A stretch of DNA of 64,000 bases from Tubiluchus corallicola (lineage: Eukaryota; Animalia; Priapulida): positions 1 through 64,000 of the forward strand of contig JAQGDQ010000907.1 of NCBI GenBank assembly GCA_030141605.1. Reading direction: 5' to 3'. The notes under the pieces are model-generated. The model saw nothing but the letters and a program-made list of their open reading frames with translations. It searched no databases and was not told the origin of the DNA. The position numbers and the translations under genes were made by a program. This document shows positions 62,171 through 64,000 of this stretch, one piece after another; within the stretch, counting starts at the first letter, position 1; every line of letters starts with the position of its first letter.

Positions 62171-62311
62171 GTCATGTCCGTAACCCAAACACAAATTTCA
62201 GACTTAACAAAAGATGATCAACTAATTGCTGAGCAGCAAATATGGCAGAAGATCAGTGATATAGTGATATAGTGATACGTTAAACTTTACATAATAAATA
62301 GCTTTACTTAC

Positions 62312-62486
62312 ACATTCGCTAATTTTATCCACTTGTACACGTTATTGTCTCTCAGCATTCCAGTAAACATTGTTTCATCATCTTGACAGGCATCAGTAGC
62401 AGAGGAAAAGTCCCTGGCTTCACTTACTCTCACACAGCTGTACGTTCTTGGTACGTAGTTATAACCAGACGGACAAAAGTAACTTT
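62312..62486 (-). CDS. Exon C of a spliced C-type lectin domain gene (start of a second CTLD)
   Basis: ttcag acceptor and gtaagt donor; 175 nt, phase 1 to phase 2; (E)SYFCPSGYNYVPRTYSCVRVSEARDFSSATDACQDD...KWIKLAN. Confidence 0.85.
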
Positions 62487-62726
62487 CTGAATATATCATA
62501 AAAAAATGGTACCGTCTCACACAGCTATACAGATGTTGACTTTTGACACATATTATAGTTGTGCAGACATATTTAAAGGAAAGGCTAACTCTTTTCTGAA
62601 GTTAAGCTTATGTTTGCGAAAAATGTTAGAATGATTTAAAAATAAGAAAGTTACTGTAAAGTTGTAATCATGTCTTAACTGACAAAACCGAAGTCGTTGT
62701 GTCTTGTGAATAAAACTGAAACTCAC

Positions 62727-62873
62727 CTGGCAGGTAAGCGCGTTCGGGCAATAACCGCACTTCACAAATGTACTGAAGCTGCTCCTGACACGGGAAGTAA
62801 CGGACGACATTAGTTCCAGAACTCGGGACGTAAGCTAGACAACCGTCGTCAACGTCACCTTCAACTACAAGTC
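62727..62873 (-). CDS. Exon B of a spliced C-type lectin domain gene (end of the first CTLD)
   Basis: ttttttccattcag acceptor and gtgagt donor; 147 nt, phase 1 to phase 1; (G)LVVEGDVDDGCLAYVPSSGTNVVRYFPCQEQLQYICEVRLLPERAYLP. Confidence 0.88.
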
Positions 62874-62903
62874 CTGAATGGAAAAAACATTATTGCTGAT
62901 AAG

Positions 62904-63065
62904 CAGGGCTGTGGAGTCAGCAGTAAATTTATTGCTAAAGGAGTCGGAGTTGTTAAAAATTAGGGTTTTGGAGTTGGAGTCTGGACTCGGAAGTATACTT
63001 ATTGTTAGAGGAACGGTGCTGGAGTCGGTAAAAACTAGACAAATTCAACCTCCAGCTACTCCTAA
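62904..63065. repeat. Degenerate GGAGTCGG-rich intronic repeat, probable DNA-transposon relic
   Basis: Begins CAGGGCTGTGGAGTC with repeated GGAGTC(GG) units; the right end and target duplication were not identified. Confidence 0.45.
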
Positions 63066-63400
63066 CTTTTAATGCATTTATGCATAACGTCCCATTTTGG
63101 GGCGCTTTCGTATTGGTGTCTATGGAGCTAGAAGAAGTAGTGATGAAATGCCACTGTAGCTAAATATTGAGAGTATTACAAACTACCATTTAAAGGCAGG
63201 AGTCTGGCATAATATTGGCCAAATACTTGAGGTATCATTAAACACTGTTAACATTGCTTTCTTTCTCTTTATCTTCCGTCCCTCTCTTTTTCTTACTCAC
63301 TTTTTATTTTTCACTCCTTCTCACAGCTTTACATTAGTGCTTGCATTATTCTAGTAAATTCAATCAATGAATGTATTTCCTAATTATTTTTTTCACTCAC

Positions 63401-63480
63401 CATAGTTGGACAAGTCTACGGACGTACCTTCATATCCTCCATACACTGTGCCATCATCCAGCCTCAGGCTAAGCCATACA
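63401..63480 (-). CDS. Exon A of a spliced C-type lectin domain gene (middle of the first CTLD)
   Basis: ttttaaacag acceptor and gtgagt donor; 80 nt, phase 2 to phase 1; VWLSLRLDDGTVYGGYEGTSVDLSNY (WIGL-like motif). Confidence 0.82.
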
Positions 63481-64000
63481 CTGTTTAAAATGAAAAGGTA
63501 ATTTTCTCTGCCATATAGTTTATAAAACATATCTGTTTGAAATGTCTGCCTTTGGTAAACAGCAAATAAATGCTCATCGGGTTGCCCCACGCTGCAAAAT
63601 TTACAGGAGTGCAGTTTGACAGGAAAGACGAGTCTATCCCAAAAAATACATAACTATTCCAATTGTTAATTAAAATAATTAAAACGATTAGATGAGTGAA
63701 TACGTTGCTGTACCAGGTCAAATACGATAATGTTCTGTTAATAACTCAGTAGAGAACTTCTAGAATGAAAAACTGAAAGGAAGACAGGATAATTTTTTAT
63801 ATAGTACCCCATTTCAAGTCTGATAAAAGTATACATTTTAACACAATTAATAGTACAAAAGCATTTCTGATAATGAAGGTATATATTATAAACTTAACTA
63901 ACGGAGGGCAAGCCCTCCATTGATGACATCACAAACTAACATAATTTTCAGCAGCAAAAATATTTAGCGAGCGTGTTGCACGTGTTTGAGACAGTGCTGC

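Larger units (their letters stand above)
61382..64000. other. Eukaryotic (animal-type) genomic DNA
   Basis: No long ORFs, spliceosomal exon/intron structure, C-type lectin domains and a hAT-type MITE. Confidence 0.9.

Noticed and set aside
62255-62277. AGTGATAT repeated three times
   Set aside because: A short intronic minisatellite with no sign of function.
62878-63072. 64-aa ORF on the plus strand
   Set aside because: It lies within an intron and is produced by the GGAGTC repeat.
63485-63721. 78-aa minus-strand ORF as an upstream lectin exon
   Set aside because: No convincing splice sites or CTLD motifs; probably intron.

Overview
Positions 1 to ~61380 are a gene-dense bacterial chromosome segment. 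Gene content and TAnnTTTG promoter boxes point to Bacteroidota (Bacteroidales/Marinilabiliales-like, by inference). It carries housekeeping genes (rpsA, tyrS, smpB, engB, tadA, pheT, purB, clpC, tsaD, tamB, sdhCAB, rfbACD, pgm, exbBD-tonB), tRNA-Ser(GGA), sugar transport and oxidation genes, and an internally duplicated LRR lipoprotein. It also has one intact IS that splits a membrane-protein gene, an IS5 relic and an attC-like hairpin. Many intergenic spacers hold a degenerate ~120-145 bp repeat with GAGRCCTTTGCAAA-like inverted ends (a MITE family); one copy is nested in another and several overlap stop codons. At ~61380 the last bacterial gene is cut off and the sequence becomes animal-type DNA. 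That part contains three phase-compatible GT-AG exons of a tandem C-type-lectin-domain gene on the minus strand and a hAT-type MITE with an 8-bp target duplication. The window is therefore either a symbiont/host assembly chimera or a large bacterial insertion in an animal genome, and the sequence alone cannot decide which. Family names are from motif recognition, not database searches.
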